Source of the DNA: Chlorobiota bacterium | GTDB lineage: Bacteria; Bacteroidota; Bacteroidia; Bacteroidales; JAADGE01 | Length of the DNA stretch: 64,000 bases | Direction: 5' to 3' | Assembly: GCA_013152535.1 (NCBI GenBank) | Contig: JAADGE010000009.1 | Location: 1,570 to 65,569, forward strand | In this document: piece after piece, positions 10,548-20,198 of the stretch | Numbering within the stretch: position 1 is the stretch's first letter | Layout: each line of letters begins with the position of its first letter | Translations under genes and position numbers: made by a program | Notes under the pieces: model-generated | Told to the model about the DNA's origin: nothing | Seen by the model: the letters and a program-made list of their open reading frames with translations, nothing else | Databases searched by the model: none

Positions 10548-12182
10548 ATGAAAAACAGAATATTAATTTTAGGCATTCTTTTTTTAAGCATGATGTTTAC
10601 GTCTTGTTTGAAAGATTTGGATGTGAAACCAAAAGATCCGAGTTCCGTTATGGCTGATAACTTAAATGATAATCCGGATTATTTAAAAGGTTTTTTAGGA
10701 AAAATATATGCCAGTTTTATGGTATCAGGACAAGGCGGCAATTTACCCGATGACATCGTTGCTGCCGACGGGAACTTTTTTACGACAATGCGAGCTTTAT
10801 GGAATTTACAGGAATTACCGACCGATGAAGCAATTTGTGCATGGGGAGATGCCGGTATAGCAGATTTAAATACCCAAACATGGAGTCCTGAAAATTTGTT
10901 TCTAACTGCTCTGTACCAGAGATTAGGTCTCAGTATTACGTATGCAAACGAATTTATACGAGATACACAAGGAAGTACCGATCCTGATGTAAAACGTTAT
11001 ATTGCCGAAGCTCGCTTTTTGAGAGCATTAGCATATTATTGGGATTTAGATTTATTCGCAAATCCTCCTTTTACAACAGAAAAGAATCCTGTCGGAAATT
11101 TTTTCCCGAAACAATTAAGTCCGGATATGTCTGTTGCAAGGGTGAAATTATTTAATTACATTGTTAATGAATTACATGCTGTCGAACCCGAATTAAGCGA
11201 CCCCGGAACTTCTTCTACACAAGCTGACAGAGGTGCTGCATGGATGCTTTTAGCAAGACTTTATTTAAATGCTGAAGTCTATACCGGAACGGCAAAATGG
11301 GACAGTTGTAAAATTTATTGTGATAAAGTTATTAACAGCGGTGCTTATTCGTTAGCAACTGATTACAGACAAAATTTCAGTGCTGATAATGATTCTTATT
11401 CGAATCCTGAAATGATTTTTGCTTGGGAACAAGACGGTATTTATACTCAAGGATACGTCGGGACAACTTTTATAATTGAATCAAGCAGTGATTCCAAATA
11501 TATAAGAGCTGAAGAATTCCACGGTTTAACATCGAATACAAATTGGAACGGTAACAGAGCTACCAAACAATTTTTAAATGTTATGATTGATACATTAACA
11601 ACCTACGGAGGCAGTGCAATTCCTACAAATGATTCGTTATTTACGGCATGTCCGGATAAACGGGTTTATTTAAAAAGAAAGAAAGATTTGGATATTCCGA
11701 GTGCTTCATCCAGCGGTGATTACGGTGTCGGCGTTTATAAATTTACGGCAAAAAATACTGATGGTTCGCAAGCTGCAGATTATAATCCGGCATTTGCATC
11801 TACCGATTATCCTGTTTTCCGTTTGGCTGATGCTTATTTAATGAGAGCAGAAGCATTGTTCCGCTTAAATAATTCAGCAGATGCCGTAAAAGATATAAAT
11901 CTTGTCAGAGAACGTGCATACGGGAATACAAGCGGTGATATTACCGCCGGTCAGTTAAATGCTCAATTTATTTTGGATGAACGCGGAAGAGAGTTCTATT
12001 ATGAGGGACAAAGAAGAACGGATTTAATTCGTTTCGGTAAATTTACCGACGGAAATTACAATTGGGCTTGGAAAGGCGGTGTAATGGACGGAACCAATAC
12101 AGACACTCATTTTAATGTTTACCCGATTCCGGGAGCAGAAGTTTCTGCCAATCCTAATATTACTCAAAATCCCGGTTATTAA
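10548..12182 (+). CDS. susD: SusD/RagB family nutrient-binding outer membrane lipoprotein
   Basis: Lipobox MMFTSC, 544 aa, TPR-like SusD core (RFLRALAYYWDLDLF, YLMRAEALF, ERGREFYYEGQRRTDLIRF). Confidence 0.92.
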   Translation: MKNRILILGILFLSMMFTSCLKDLDVKPKDPSSVMADNLNDNPDYLKGFLGKIYASFMVSGQGGNLPDDIVAADGNFFTTMRALWNLQELPTDEAICAWGDAGIADLNTQTWSPENLFLTALYQRLGLSITYANEFIRDTQGSTDPDVKRYIAEARFLRALAYYWDLDLFANPPFTTEKNPVGNFFPKQLSPDMSVARVKLFNYIVNELHAVEPELSDPGTSSTQADRGAAWMLLARLYLNAEVYTGTAKWDSCKIYCDKVINSGAYSLATDYRQNFSADNDSYSNPEMIFAWEQDGIYTQGYVGTTFIIESSSDSKYIRAEEFHGLTSNTNWNGNRATKQFLNVMIDTLTTYGGSAIPTNDSLFTACPDKRVYLKRKKDLDIPSASSSGDYGVGVYKFTAKNTDGSQAADYNPAFASTDYPVFRLADAYLMRAEALFRLNNSADAVKDINLVRERAYGNTSGDITAGQLNAQFILDERGREFYYEGQRRTDLIRFGKFTDGNYNWAWKGGVMDGTNTDTHFNVYPIPGAEVSANPNITQNPGY

Positions 12183-12199
12183 TTTAAAATTTTATAATT

Positions 12200-13234
12200 A
12201 TGAAAAATAAGATATTAATTTTTATATCAATTATTGGCTTGACAGCTCTGTTTTCCTCTTGCGAAAAAGACGGAACACAGATTGTAATGTCAAAAGATGT
12301 TATTGCTCCCGAGATTATTTCTTTACCGGATTTAACACTGGTAAGAGGAAACTCTTCAGATACTGTCGAATTTGTGGGAAAATCTGTTGATCCCGGATTT
12401 GATGCCTCTGCAAAATATTTTTTGGAAGCTGCTAAAGCAGGTACTGATTTTGAAAATGTTGTTCAGTTGTATTCCGGTAATCAAATTAAATCGGTAAAAA
12501 TGACTGTAGGTGAATTAAATACGATGTTACTTGATGTATTACCTGAAGATCAAATGTCAGCAGCAGATTATCGAATTCGATGTGATTTGGTTGTTGACGG
12601 CGGAACAGGTGCTGCAGGTACCGGAAACAAACCTTTTGAATATATTTCCGATCCTGTTGAGTCTAATACAACAGTATTCGGTTTATTGCGATTGGATTTA
12701 ATCAATTCCGGTATTGCACAAAAAATTACTTCACCGCAAAGTGACGGCGAATATTCAGGATTTGTGAAATTAAACGTAGCTAACCCTTTTACACTAAAAG
12801 ATCCTGATAACAATGTAGAGTACGGCGGTTCCGGCGGAAATCTTGTCGTTAACGGTGCAGCAATTGTTCCGGGTGCAGACGGATGGCACAAGTTAACTGT
12901 TAATACGACTGATCTTACTTATGATCTGCAACCTTATATGATTGGTTTAGTCGGTTCTGCGACACCAAACGGATGGAATAGTCCCGATCAAAAAATGGAT
13001 TATGATGTTGCAACAAAAACATGGAATATAACATTAGATTTAGTTGACGGTGAAGTTAAATTCCGACTTAATGACGGTTGGGCATGGAATCTGGGGCAAA
13101 CAGACGCGTATGATAATAATCTTGTTGCTGACGGTCATAATATTTCCGTTACAGCCGGAAATTATACAGTAACATTAAAAGTTACGGATTATGACGGAAA
13201 AATTGCTACATTTACGATGGTTAAAAATAATTAA
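12200..13234 (+). CDS. SusE-like outer membrane starch-binding lipoprotein
   Basis: Lipobox LFSSC. C-terminal CBM-like module (GSATPNGWN ... VKFRLNDGWAWNLG). Position directly after susCD. Confidence 0.65.
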   Translation: MKNKILIFISIIGLTALFSSCEKDGTQIVMSKDVIAPEIISLPDLTLVRGNSSDTVEFVGKSVDPGFDASAKYFLEAAKAGTDFENVVQLYSGNQIKSVKMTVGELNTMLLDVLPEDQMSAADYRIRCDLVVDGGTGAAGTGNKPFEYISDPVESNTTVFGLLRLDLINSGIAQKITSPQSDGEYSGFVKLNVANPFTLKDPDNNVEYGGSGGNLVVNGAAIVPGADGWHKLTVNTTDLTYDLQPYMIGLVGSATPNGWNSPDQKMDYDVATKTWNITLDLVDGEVKFRLNDGWAWNLGQTDAYDNNLVADGHNISVTAGNYTVTLKVTDYDGKIATFTMVKNN

Positions 13235-13247
13235 TAATATACAGAAT

Positions 13248-14774
13248 ATGAAAAAAATAGTAAAATATAATATAATTGTATCTTTTGTTGTAATGATTGC
13301 ATTATTAGCATCATGCACAAAAGATTTGACGCAGGTTAAACTTGAGCCTGAAATAGAAACGTCGCAAGTCGAAGATATTTCTTCTTATACGGCGGTAATT
13401 ACAGGTTTTGTTGTTGCTTCAGGTGACGGATATTCTGAAAAAGGAATATGTTATAATAAAACCGGCGATCCTACAATTGATGATGAAAAGATGATATATG
13501 AAGGCGATGATAACAACGCTACGTTTAAGGTAACTCTTACCGGATTAGATTACAACACAAAATATTATGCACGTGCTTACGGAATAAATACAAGCGGTGT
13601 TGTTTACGGTTCAGATACTACGTTTACAACTTTACCTATTTTAGCAACCCTTACGACAGATACCGCTACCGATATTACCGGATTCTCCGCAACTTCCGGC
13701 GGTGAAATAACAGATGCTGGAGGTGCTGAGATTACGGACAGAGGCGTATGTTGGAGTACTTTGCCTAATCCCGTAATTGATAACGACAGTTTAACTTCCG
13801 ACGGTACCGGAATTGGAACTTTTACGAGCAGTATTACAGGTTTAAACGGACTGACAACGTATTATGTCAAAGCCTATGCTATAAGCTCTGCAGGTGTGTC
13901 TTACGGAAATGAGATTAGTTTTACGACACCGATTGCTCATATTACGTGGTATGTTCCGGGCGATCATCAAGGATGGAATCCGGCAACGGCACCGACTGTT
14001 GAAAATACCGTCAGCGATCCAAATACACTTTCCGGTTATGTTTGGTTGAATACTGAATTTAAATTTACACCGGCTCCTAATTGGGATAACAGTTGGGGCG
14101 ATGACGGTGCAGACGGTACTTTAGATGCCGGAGGTGCTAACATTGCGGTGCCGTCTCCCGGATATTATTTAATAACGGTTGATTTTACCGCAAAAACTTA
14201 TACTTTAACTAAAACCGATTGGGGTTTAATCGGTGGTGCAGTTCCTCCTTATGATTGGACAGTTGATCAAAATATGACATACAGTTCCGTTACAGGAACA
14301 TGGCTCTTAACGCTTTCGTTAAATTCAGGGGATATGAAATTCAGAGCAAATGATGAATGGGTCATAGATTACGGAGATACCGGAGCGGACGGTTCGCTTG
14401 AACAGGGTGGTGATAATATACCTGTTGCAACTGCCGGAGATTATACCGTGACATTAGACTTATCACATCCTAACAATTATACTTACAGTCTTAATCAATG
14501 GGGAATTATAGGTTCTTCCGTTCCTCCGTATGATTGGACAGCAGACGTAAATATGAGTATTGTTCCCGGAACAAATCAATGGACTGTAACGGAAGATTTA
14601 GTGGTCGGCGAATTTAAGTTCAGAGCAAATGATGCTTGGAACGTAGATTACGGAGACACCGGTGCGGACGGTTCACTTGAACCGGGCGGTGATAACATAC
14701 CCGTTACAACTGCAGGAAATTATACCATTACAATTGATTTGTCAACTTTAACTTATACGATGGTACAAAATTAG
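13248..14774 (+). CDS. SusF-like outer membrane starch-binding lipoprotein with three tandem CBM-like modules
   Basis: Start moved to ATG 13248 (MKKIVKYNIIVSFVVMIALLASC lipobox). Two Ig/Fn3-like repeats (KYYARAYGINTSGVVYGSDTTFTT / TYYVKAYAISSAGVSYGNEISFTT). These are followed by three copies of W(G)xIG..VPPYDWT...FKFRANDxWxxDYGDTGADGSLExGGDNIPV.TAGxYT. Confidence 0.65.
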   Translation: MKKIVKYNIIVSFVVMIALLASCTKDLTQVKLEPEIETSQVEDISSYTAVITGFVVASGDGYSEKGICYNKTGDPTIDDEKMIYEGDDNNATFKVTLTGLDYNTKYYARAYGINTSGVVYGSDTTFTTLPILATLTTDTATDITGFSATSGGEITDAGGAEITDRGVCWSTLPNPVIDNDSLTSDGTGIGTFTSSITGLNGLTTYYVKAYAISSAGVSYGNEISFTTPIAHITWYVPGDHQGWNPATAPTVENTVSDPNTLSGYVWLNTEFKFTPAPNWDNSWGDDGADGTLDAGGANIAVPSPGYYLITVDFTAKTYTLTKTDWGLIGGAVPPYDWTVDQNMTYSSVTGTWLLTLSLNSGDMKFRANDEWVIDYGDTGADGSLEQGGDNIPVATAGDYTVTLDLSHPNNYTYSLNQWGIIGSSVPPYDWTADVNMSIVPGTNQWTVTEDLVVGEFKFRANDAWNVDYGDTGADGSLEPGGDNIPVTTAGNYTITIDLSTLTYTMVQN

Positions 14775-14796
14775 TTAATAATTAAATATTTTTTTT

Positions 14797-14829
14797 AAGC
14801 CGGCTTTGAAAAGTCGGCTTTTTTATTTT
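14797..14829 (+). terminator. Rho-independent terminator of the sus operon
   Basis: AAGCCGGCTT / AAGTCGGCTT 10-bp stem (one G-U) with a TGAA loop, followed by a T-run. Confidence 0.75.
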
Positions 14830-14869
14830 ACGGCATAAAATTTATTTTTTATTATTAAATTAACTGTGT

Positions 14870-14877
14870 TAATTTTG
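14870..14877 (+). promoter_or_regulatory. Bacteroidota -7 box TAatTTTG
   Basis: Exact TAnnTTTG match 20 nt upstream of the ATG at 14897. Confidence 0.45.
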
Positions 14878-14896
14878 CTAATTACAAATCGGAACA

Positions 14897-15187
14897 ATGA
14901 TTAATATTGAAAGTGAAATAATACGACTTAAAACCTTAACGGGAAATCTTATTTCAGCTTATGAAAAGAAAGTAATTTTAATTCATAAACTAGAAGAAAA
15001 AAACAGTCGTTTAGAAATTGAAAATAAAGATTATAAACATAAAATTACAGAACTGGAAGAAAAAACAGAAATTTTAAAAACAGCTAAAACAATCAGTTTA
15101 TCTAAAGAAGATAAAACACAAGTAAAAGAAAAAATAAATAAAATAGTGCAAGAAATTGATAAAAGTATAGGTTTGTTAAACGAATAA
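14897..15187 (+). CDS. small coiled-coil protein (ZapB-like, hypothetical)
   Basis: 96 aa with heptad-rich K/E/L composition, located directly upstream of zapA. Function is inferred from context only. Confidence 0.45.
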   Translation: MINIESEIIRLKTLTGNLISAYEKKVILIHKLEEKNSRLEIENKDYKHKITELEEKTEILKTAKTISLSKEDKTQVKEKINKIVQEIDKSIGLLNE

Positions 15188-15198
15188 TATTGTAAAGT

Positions 15199-15492
15199 AT
15201 GGATGATAAGTTGTCAATAAAAATTAATATCGGGAATGCTTATTATCCTATGCGTATTAACCGGGATGAAGAAGAAATTATAAGACGGGCAGCAAAAATT
15301 ATTAATGATAAATTAACCCAATATCAGAATAAATATACTGAAAGAGAACCTTTTGATTTATTGGCAATGACATCTTTACAATATGTTAAACAACTGCTGG
15401 AATGTGAAAATAAAAATGATATTTCTTCATTAACCGAAGAATTGAAACAGATTAATGAAGAATTGGAACATTTCATTGAACAAAACAAATAG
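15199..15492 (+). CDS. zapA: cell division protein ZapA
   Basis: 97 aa. LSIKINIGNAYYPMRINRDEEEIIRRAAKIINDKL matches the ZapA family pattern. Confidence 0.75.
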   Translation: MDDKLSIKINIGNAYYPMRINRDEEEIIRRAAKIINDKLTQYQNKYTEREPFDLLAMTSLQYVKQLLECENKNDISSLTEELKQINEELEHFIEQNK

Positions 15493-15499
15493 AATTTTT

Positions 15500-15531
15500 T
15501 TTGCATTATTATAAAAAATGTTGTATCTTTG
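15500..15531 (+). promoter_or_regulatory. Bacteroidota sigma-A promoter (-33 TTTG, -7 TAtcTTTG) for the downstream ncRNA
   Basis: TTTG at 15500-15503 and TATCTTTG at 15524-15531, 20 nt apart. Confidence 0.55.
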
Positions 15532-15537
15532 GTATAA

Positions 15538-15754
15538 ATAATAAGGCATTAAACGGCCCGTATATTTCTCAAAACTGTTTGTTAAGCTCAACACTAACAA
15601 ATTTGGAGTAATGTTTATTTTACGGAAAACAGGTCGCAATTTTGATTTATCAAAATCTGATTTATTCAGCGGTGAAAGTTTGAACTAAATGACAACTCCA
15701 TAAATGCTCAATTCGGAGCTTTTTTTAAATATTTGAGAAAATGCGGGCTTTTTT
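15538..15754 (+). ncRNA. ssrS: structured small RNA, probable 6S RNA (ssrS)
   Basis: Has its own promoter. A 17-bp closing helix pairs 15556-15573 with 15732-15748 (one bulged A) and is followed by a U-tract. Inner helices are 15584-15589/15716-15721 and 15601-15609/15695-15705, flanking an internal loop. Apical hairpin at 15639-15656. No credible ORF. Lies directly 3' of zapA, as ssrS does in E. coli. Confidence 0.5.
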
Positions 15755-15776
15755 ATTAATAAAAATGTAAAATATA

Positions 15777-17336
15777 ATGAATGAGACAGTTATAATAATC
15801 GGAGTACTTGGTTTAGTAATCGGATTTTTTGCGGGATACTTTTTGAAAATAAAAGCGATGCATAAAAAAGCAGATGAAATTGTCAAAGAAGCTGAAGCTG
15901 AAGCCGAAGTCCTGAAAAAAGAAAAAATTCTGCAAGCAAAAGAAAAATTTCTTCAATTAAAAGAAAAACATGAAGAAATAATAAACGAAAAAAATAATAA
16001 AATTGCAGAAGCCGAAAATCGTTTAAAACAAAAAGAAAACAGTTTAAATCTTCGTAAAGAAGAATTTAAAAGCAGATTTAAAGAATTTGAAATTTCAAAA
16101 CAAGAAGTTAATGCGGTAAGAGAAAATCTTACAATGCAACTCGAAATTGTTGATAAGAAAAACGAAGAACTTGAAAAAATAAAAAGACAGCATATTGAGA
16201 AACTCGAAAATATTTCCGGCCTATCAGCAATTGACGCAAAATCCGAATTAATAAAATCATTAAAAGCCGAAGCAAAAACCGAAGCAATGGCTCATATTAA
16301 CGATATTATAGAGGAAGCAAAACTTACGGCAAATAAAGAAGCTAAAAAAATAATAATTAAGAGTATTCAACGTATCGGAACTGAGGCAGCAATTGAAAAT
16401 GCCGTTACGGTTTTTCATATCGAAAACGATGATATGAAGGGGCGTATAATAGGAAGAGAAGGAAGAAATATCAGAGCACTCGAAGCTGCTACCGGAATTG
16501 AAATTATTGTTGATGATACACCGGAATCTATAGTTTTATCAAGTTTTGACCCTATCCGCAGAGAAGTTGCCAGATTGGCATTGCATCAATTAGTTACCGA
16601 CGGACGAATCCATCCGGCACGAATTGAGGAAGTGGTCGCAAGAACTCGGGAACAATTAGAAGAAGAAATTTTGGATACCGGTAAAAAAACCGCTATTGAT
16701 TTGGGTATTCACGGCTTGCATCGTGAAATACTTCGCTTGGTAGGTAAAATGAAATACCGTTCATCATACGGACAAAACTTATTACAGCATTCACGGGAAG
16801 TTGCTAAGTTATGTGCTGTAATGGCTTCTGAAATCGGATTAAACGTTAAACTTGCAAAACGAGCAGGATTACTTCATGATATAGGAAAAGTACCTGATGA
16901 AGAAATTGAAATACCGCACGCAATATACGGCATGAAATTAGCCGAACGCTATAAAGAAAAACCGGAAGTGGTAAATGCTATAGGAGCACATCACGATGAG
17001 GTTGAAATGACAAGTTTAATTTCTCCGATTGTGCAGGTTTGTGATGCTATTTCAGGTGCCAGACCGGGTGCTCGAAGAGATGTTGCAGAATCGTATATTA
17101 AACGAATTAAAAAACTCGAAAGTATTGCCGCCGAAGAAAGAGGAGTTGTAAAAACTTATGCTATTCAAGCAGGCAGAGAACTTCGTGTAATAGTCGGCAG
17201 CGATAAAGTAACCGATAAAGAAATTGAAGAATTATCGTTTAATATTGCAAAAAAAATTGAAGAAGAAATGACTTATCCCGGTCAGGTAAAAATTACGGTA
17301 ATTCGTGAAGTGCGAGCAGTAAACTATGCAAAATAA
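15777..17336 (+). CDS. rny: ribonuclease Y
   Basis: N-terminal TM helix, long coiled coil, KH motif [17 protein letters not shown] motif LLHDIGK, 519 aa. Confidence 0.93.
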   Translation: MNETVIIIGVLGLVIGFFAGYFLKIKAMHKKADEIVKEAEAEAEVLKKEKILQAKEKFLQLKEKHEEIINEKNNKIAEAENRLKQKENSLNLRKEEFKSRFKEFEISKQEVNAVRENLTMQLEIVDKKNEELEKIKRQHIEKLENISGLSAIDAKSELIKSLKAEAKTEAMAHINDIIEEAKLTANKEAKKIIIKSIQRIGTEAAIENAVTVFHIENDDMKGRIIGREGRNIRALEAATGIEIIVDDTPESIVLSSFDPIRREVARLALHQLVTDGRIHPARIEEVVARTREQLEEEILDTGKKTAIDLGIHGLHREILRLVGKMKYRSSYGQNLLQHSREVAKLCAVMASEIGLNVKLAKRAGLLHDIGKVPDEEIEIPHAIYGMKLAERYKEKPEVVNAIGAHHDEVEMTSLISPIVQVCDAISGARPGARRDVAESYIKRIKKLESIAAEERGVVKTYAIQAGRELRVIVGSDKVTDKEIEELSFNIAKKIEEEMTYPGQVKITVIREVRAVNYAK

Positions 17337-17342
17337 AAAATT

Positions 17343-17368
17343 AACAGCTCTGAATGAGCTGTTTTTTT
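17343..17368 (+). terminator. hairpin plus T7 run after rny (terminator or attenuator)
   Basis: AACAGCTC / GAGCTGTT stem, TGAAT loop, T-run 17362-17368. Ends 11 nt before the next ATG. Confidence 0.6.
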
Positions 17369-17379
17369 AACTAAATAAA

Positions 17380-18513
17380 ATGAAAAATATTCAGATGGTT
17401 GACCTTAAAGGTCAATATCAAAAAATTAAAACCGAAATAAATGATTCAATTTCGGAAGTGATAGAATCTGCAACATTTATTAACGGATCGAAAGTTAAAG
17501 AATTTCAACGAAATCTTGAATCGTATTTAAAAGTAAAGCATGTTATTCCATGCGGAAACGGAACGGACGCTTTGCAAATAGCTCTGATGGCTCTGAACTT
17601 AAAGCCCGGAGATGAAGTAATTACGGCTGATTTTACGTTTATTGCAACAGTTGAAGTTGTGGCATTGCTCGGATTAAAATTGAAATTTGTTGATGTAAAT
17701 CCCGAAACTTTTAATTTGGATGTTTCTCAAATTGAAAAAGCAATAACTCCCGATACAAAAGCAATCGTTCCTGTTCATTTGTTCGGGCAGGCAGCTGATA
17801 TGGACGTAATTATGACGATTGCTGAAAAACATAAGTTATATGTTATCGAAGATACAGCACAAGCAATCGGTGCTGAATACACTTTTAATAACAGAAAAAC
17901 AAAAAAACTCGGAACAATCGGGACTGTCGGTTGTACTTCATTTTTTCCCTCAAAAAATCTTGGCGGGTACGGTGACGGCGGTGCATTATACACTAATGAT
18001 GATAAACTTGCAGAAAAAATAAGGCAGATAGCAAATCACGGTTCAAAAGTGAAATATTTTCATGATACAGTAGGTGTAAATTCCAGATTGGACTCAATTC
18101 AAGCAGCAATTTTAAATGTTAAATTAACATATCTTGACAATTATATTTCAGCGAGGCAAAAAGCTGCTGAATATTATGATAAAGCATTTAAAAATCATCC
18201 GAATATTATTATTCCTTTCAGAAATGATAAATCAACCCATGTTTTTCATCAATATACTATTAAAGTTCAGGGAATTGACAGAGATGAACTGAAAGAATTT
18301 TTGAATAAAAACAAAATCCCTGCAATGATTTATTATCCTTACCCTTTACATCTTCAAAAGGCATATAAATATTTAGGATATAAAGAAAATGATTTTCCGG
18401 TAAGCGAAAAATTATCAAAAGTAGTTTTATCTTTGCCGATGCATACGGAATTAACCGAAGAACAATTAAAATATATTACCGAAAAAGTATTAGAATATGC
18501 CGACAGAAAATAA
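17380..18513 (+). CDS. DegT/DnrJ/EryC1/StrS family aminotransferase (WbpE-like)
   Basis: 377 aa. The PLP-lysine region is [16 protein letters not shown]. Operon with WbpD/WbpB/WbpA-like genes. Confidence 0.85.
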   Translation: MKNIQMVDLKGQYQKIKTEINDSISEVIESATFINGSKVKEFQRNLESYLKVKHVIPCGNGTDALQIALMALNLKPGDEVITADFTFIATVEVVALLGLKLKFVDVNPETFNLDVSQIEKAITPDTKAIVPVHLFGQAADMDVIMTIAEKHKLYVIEDTAQAIGAEYTFNNRKTKKLGTIGTVGCTSFFPSKNLGGYGDGGALYTNDDKLAEKIRQIANHGSKVKYFHDTVGVNSRLDSIQAAILNVKLTYLDNYISARQKAAEYYDKAFKNHPNIIIPFRNDKSTHVFHQYTIKVQGIDRDELKEFLNKNKIPAMIYYPYPLHLQKAYKYLGYKENDFPVSEKLSKVVLSLPMHTELTEEQLKYITEKVLEYADRK

Positions 18514-19078
18514 TTATTTTGCTCACAAAACTGCCGTTATAGATGAAGCTTGCGAAATTGGCGAAGGCACAAAAATTTGGCATTTTTCTCATATAATGTC
18601 CGATTGTAAAATTGGTAAAGAGTGCAATATCGGACAAAATGTTGTCGTATCTCCCGGTGTTATTCTCGGGAAAAATGTTAAAATTCAAAATAATGTTTCA
18701 ATTTATACAGGTGTGATTTGCGAAGATGATGTTTTTCTGGGACCTTCAATGGTTTTTACGAATGTAACAAATCCGAGAAGTGCTGTTATCAGGCGCGGAC
18801 AATATGAAACAACCATTGTTAAAAAAGGTGCATCAATCGGTGCAAATGCAACCATTGTTTGCGGACATAATATCGGAAAATTTGCATTTATAGGTGCCGG
18901 AGCGGTTGTAACAAAGGAAGTGAAAGATTATGCTTTGGTGGTCGGAAATCCGGCAAAACAAATAGGGTGGATGAGCGAATACGGTCAGCGATTGAATTTT
19001 GACGAAAACGGAACGGCTGTTTGTTCTGAAAGTAAAGAGATATATAAGCTTGAAAATGATAATGTTATAAAGTTGTAA
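18497..19078 (+). CDS. hexapeptide-repeat N-acetyltransferase (WbpD-like)
   Basis: Left-handed beta-helix repeats ([50 protein letters not shown]), 193 aa. Overlaps the upstream gene by 17 nt. Confidence 0.8.
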   Translation: MPTENNYFAHKTAVIDEACEIGEGTKIWHFSHIMSDCKIGKECNIGQNVVVSPGVILGKNVKIQNNVSIYTGVICEDDVFLGPSMVFTNVTNPRSAVIRRGQYETTIVKKGASIGANATIVCGHNIGKFAFIGAGAVVTKEVKDYALVVGNPAKQIGWMSEYGQRLNFDENGTAVCSESKEIYKLENDNVIKL

Positions 19079-19102
19079 TAATAAAAATTTTAATTTTGTG
19101 CT

Positions 19103-20197
19103 ATGATAACTAAATTAGAAGTAAAAAAATTAAACGGAAAGTTTGATTTTGACTTTAATTTTTATCCTGATATAAATATATTTACCGGAAAAAACGGTTG
19201 CGGTAAAACAACTGTATTAAAATTAATCTGGTATTTGGTTTCCGGTAATATTAAGCAAATCTTAAGAGAAATTAATTTTGAATATGTTTATTTTAAATCT
19301 GATATAACAGAAGCTAAATTAGAAATAGTAGGGGATGGAAATGAAAAAATTGTAAATGGTTTTTACAATACAATAGGGGGAGGTATTAATTTTAAAAAAA
19401 ATTTAGTAAGAGATGTTAACAATGGATTGATTTTTAGAAGAGATAAAAGTGGTGAAAAAAGTTTGTTCTTTCCTACTTTCAGAAGAATTGAAGGTGGATT
19501 TGCCATTAATGACAGGAAAGAAGAAGTAATTATTCATGAAGGACAACGTATTGTTGTGGGCAGAGGTTTAGATAATTTAAATTCTGCTTTAACAGAATTA
19601 GCAAATAGAATTTCTCCTAATAGGAATAATAGGTTTATTGCTTCAATATCAACAACAGATATAATTGCTTTGTTAAATAATAAATATACAGAAGTTTTAG
19701 AAAAAATTAATAAAAAAGAAATAGAACAATCTGCTGTTATTTTATTGAAAACCAGAAACAGTAAGCATAATATTAAAATATTACAAGAGATTGAAGATCT
19801 TGTTAAAAAGACAGATGCAGAAAAAAGTATTTTAATGAAACCTTTTACGGTTTTATCTGATTTAATTAAAGAAATTTTTTCTGATAAAAGCATACAAATA
19901 ACTAAATCTTTAACTTTGGGTGAGACAAAGGATGCAATCACATCGGATAAACTGTCTGCCGGAGAAAAACAAATGCTTAGTTTTTTATGTTATAATTTCT
20001 TTTCGGATAATACTGCAATATTTATTGATGAACCGGAACTGAGTTTACATACGGATTGGCAAAGAATTCTTTTTCCTACTTTGTTGGAACAATCAACAGA
20101 TAATCAATTTTTTGTTGCTACACATTCACCTTTTATTTATTCACAATTCCCTGACAAAGAGCATATTTTGGATATTGATAAAGGAGGAGATAAATAA
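19103..20197 (+). CDS. ABC/OLD-type AAA ATPase, AriA-like
   Basis: Walker A GKNGCGKTT, ABC signature LSAGEKQ, Walker B AIFIDEPELSLH, H-loop VATHSP, with a helical insert between Walker A and the signature. Partnered with a DUF4435 gene. Confidence 0.7.
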   Translation: MITKLEVKKLNGKFDFDFNFYPDINIFTGKNGCGKTTVLKLIWYLVSGNIKQILREINFEYVYFKSDITEAKLEIVGDGNEKIVNGFYNTIGGGINFKKNLVRDVNNGLIFRRDKSGEKSLFFPTFRRIEGGFAINDRKEEVIIHEGQRIVVGRGLDNLNSALTELANRISPNRNNRFIASISTTDIIALLNNKYTEVLEKINKKEIEQSAVILLKTRNSKHNIKILQEIEDLVKKTDAEKSILMKPFTVLSDLIKEIFSDKSIQITKSLTLGETKDAITSDKLSAGEKQMLSFLCYNFFSDNTAIFIDEPELSLHTDWQRILFPTLLEQSTDNQFFVATHSPFIYSQFPDKEHILDIDKGGDK

Positions 20198-20198
20198 A

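Noticed and set aside
13191-13247. Upstream extension of the SusF-like ORF overlapping the SusE-like gene
   Set aside because: The lipoprotein signal peptide begins at the internal ATG 13248. The extension has no signal-peptide character.
15324-15639. Minus-strand ORFs 15324-15506 and 15430-15639
   Set aside because: They are antisense to zapA and to the structured RNA region. The intergenic part is better explained by the promoter plus long-helix RNA.
19534-19941. 135-aa ORF antisense to the AriA-like ATPase
   Set aside because: It is a mirror ORF inside a gene with complete Walker and signature motifs, with no independent signals.
20112-20198. Upstream extension of the DUF4435 ORF
   Set aside because: It overlaps the ATPase 3' end in another frame. 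The ATG at 20199 is preceded by AAGGAGG and gives the usual short N-terminus before the TOPRIM Glu.
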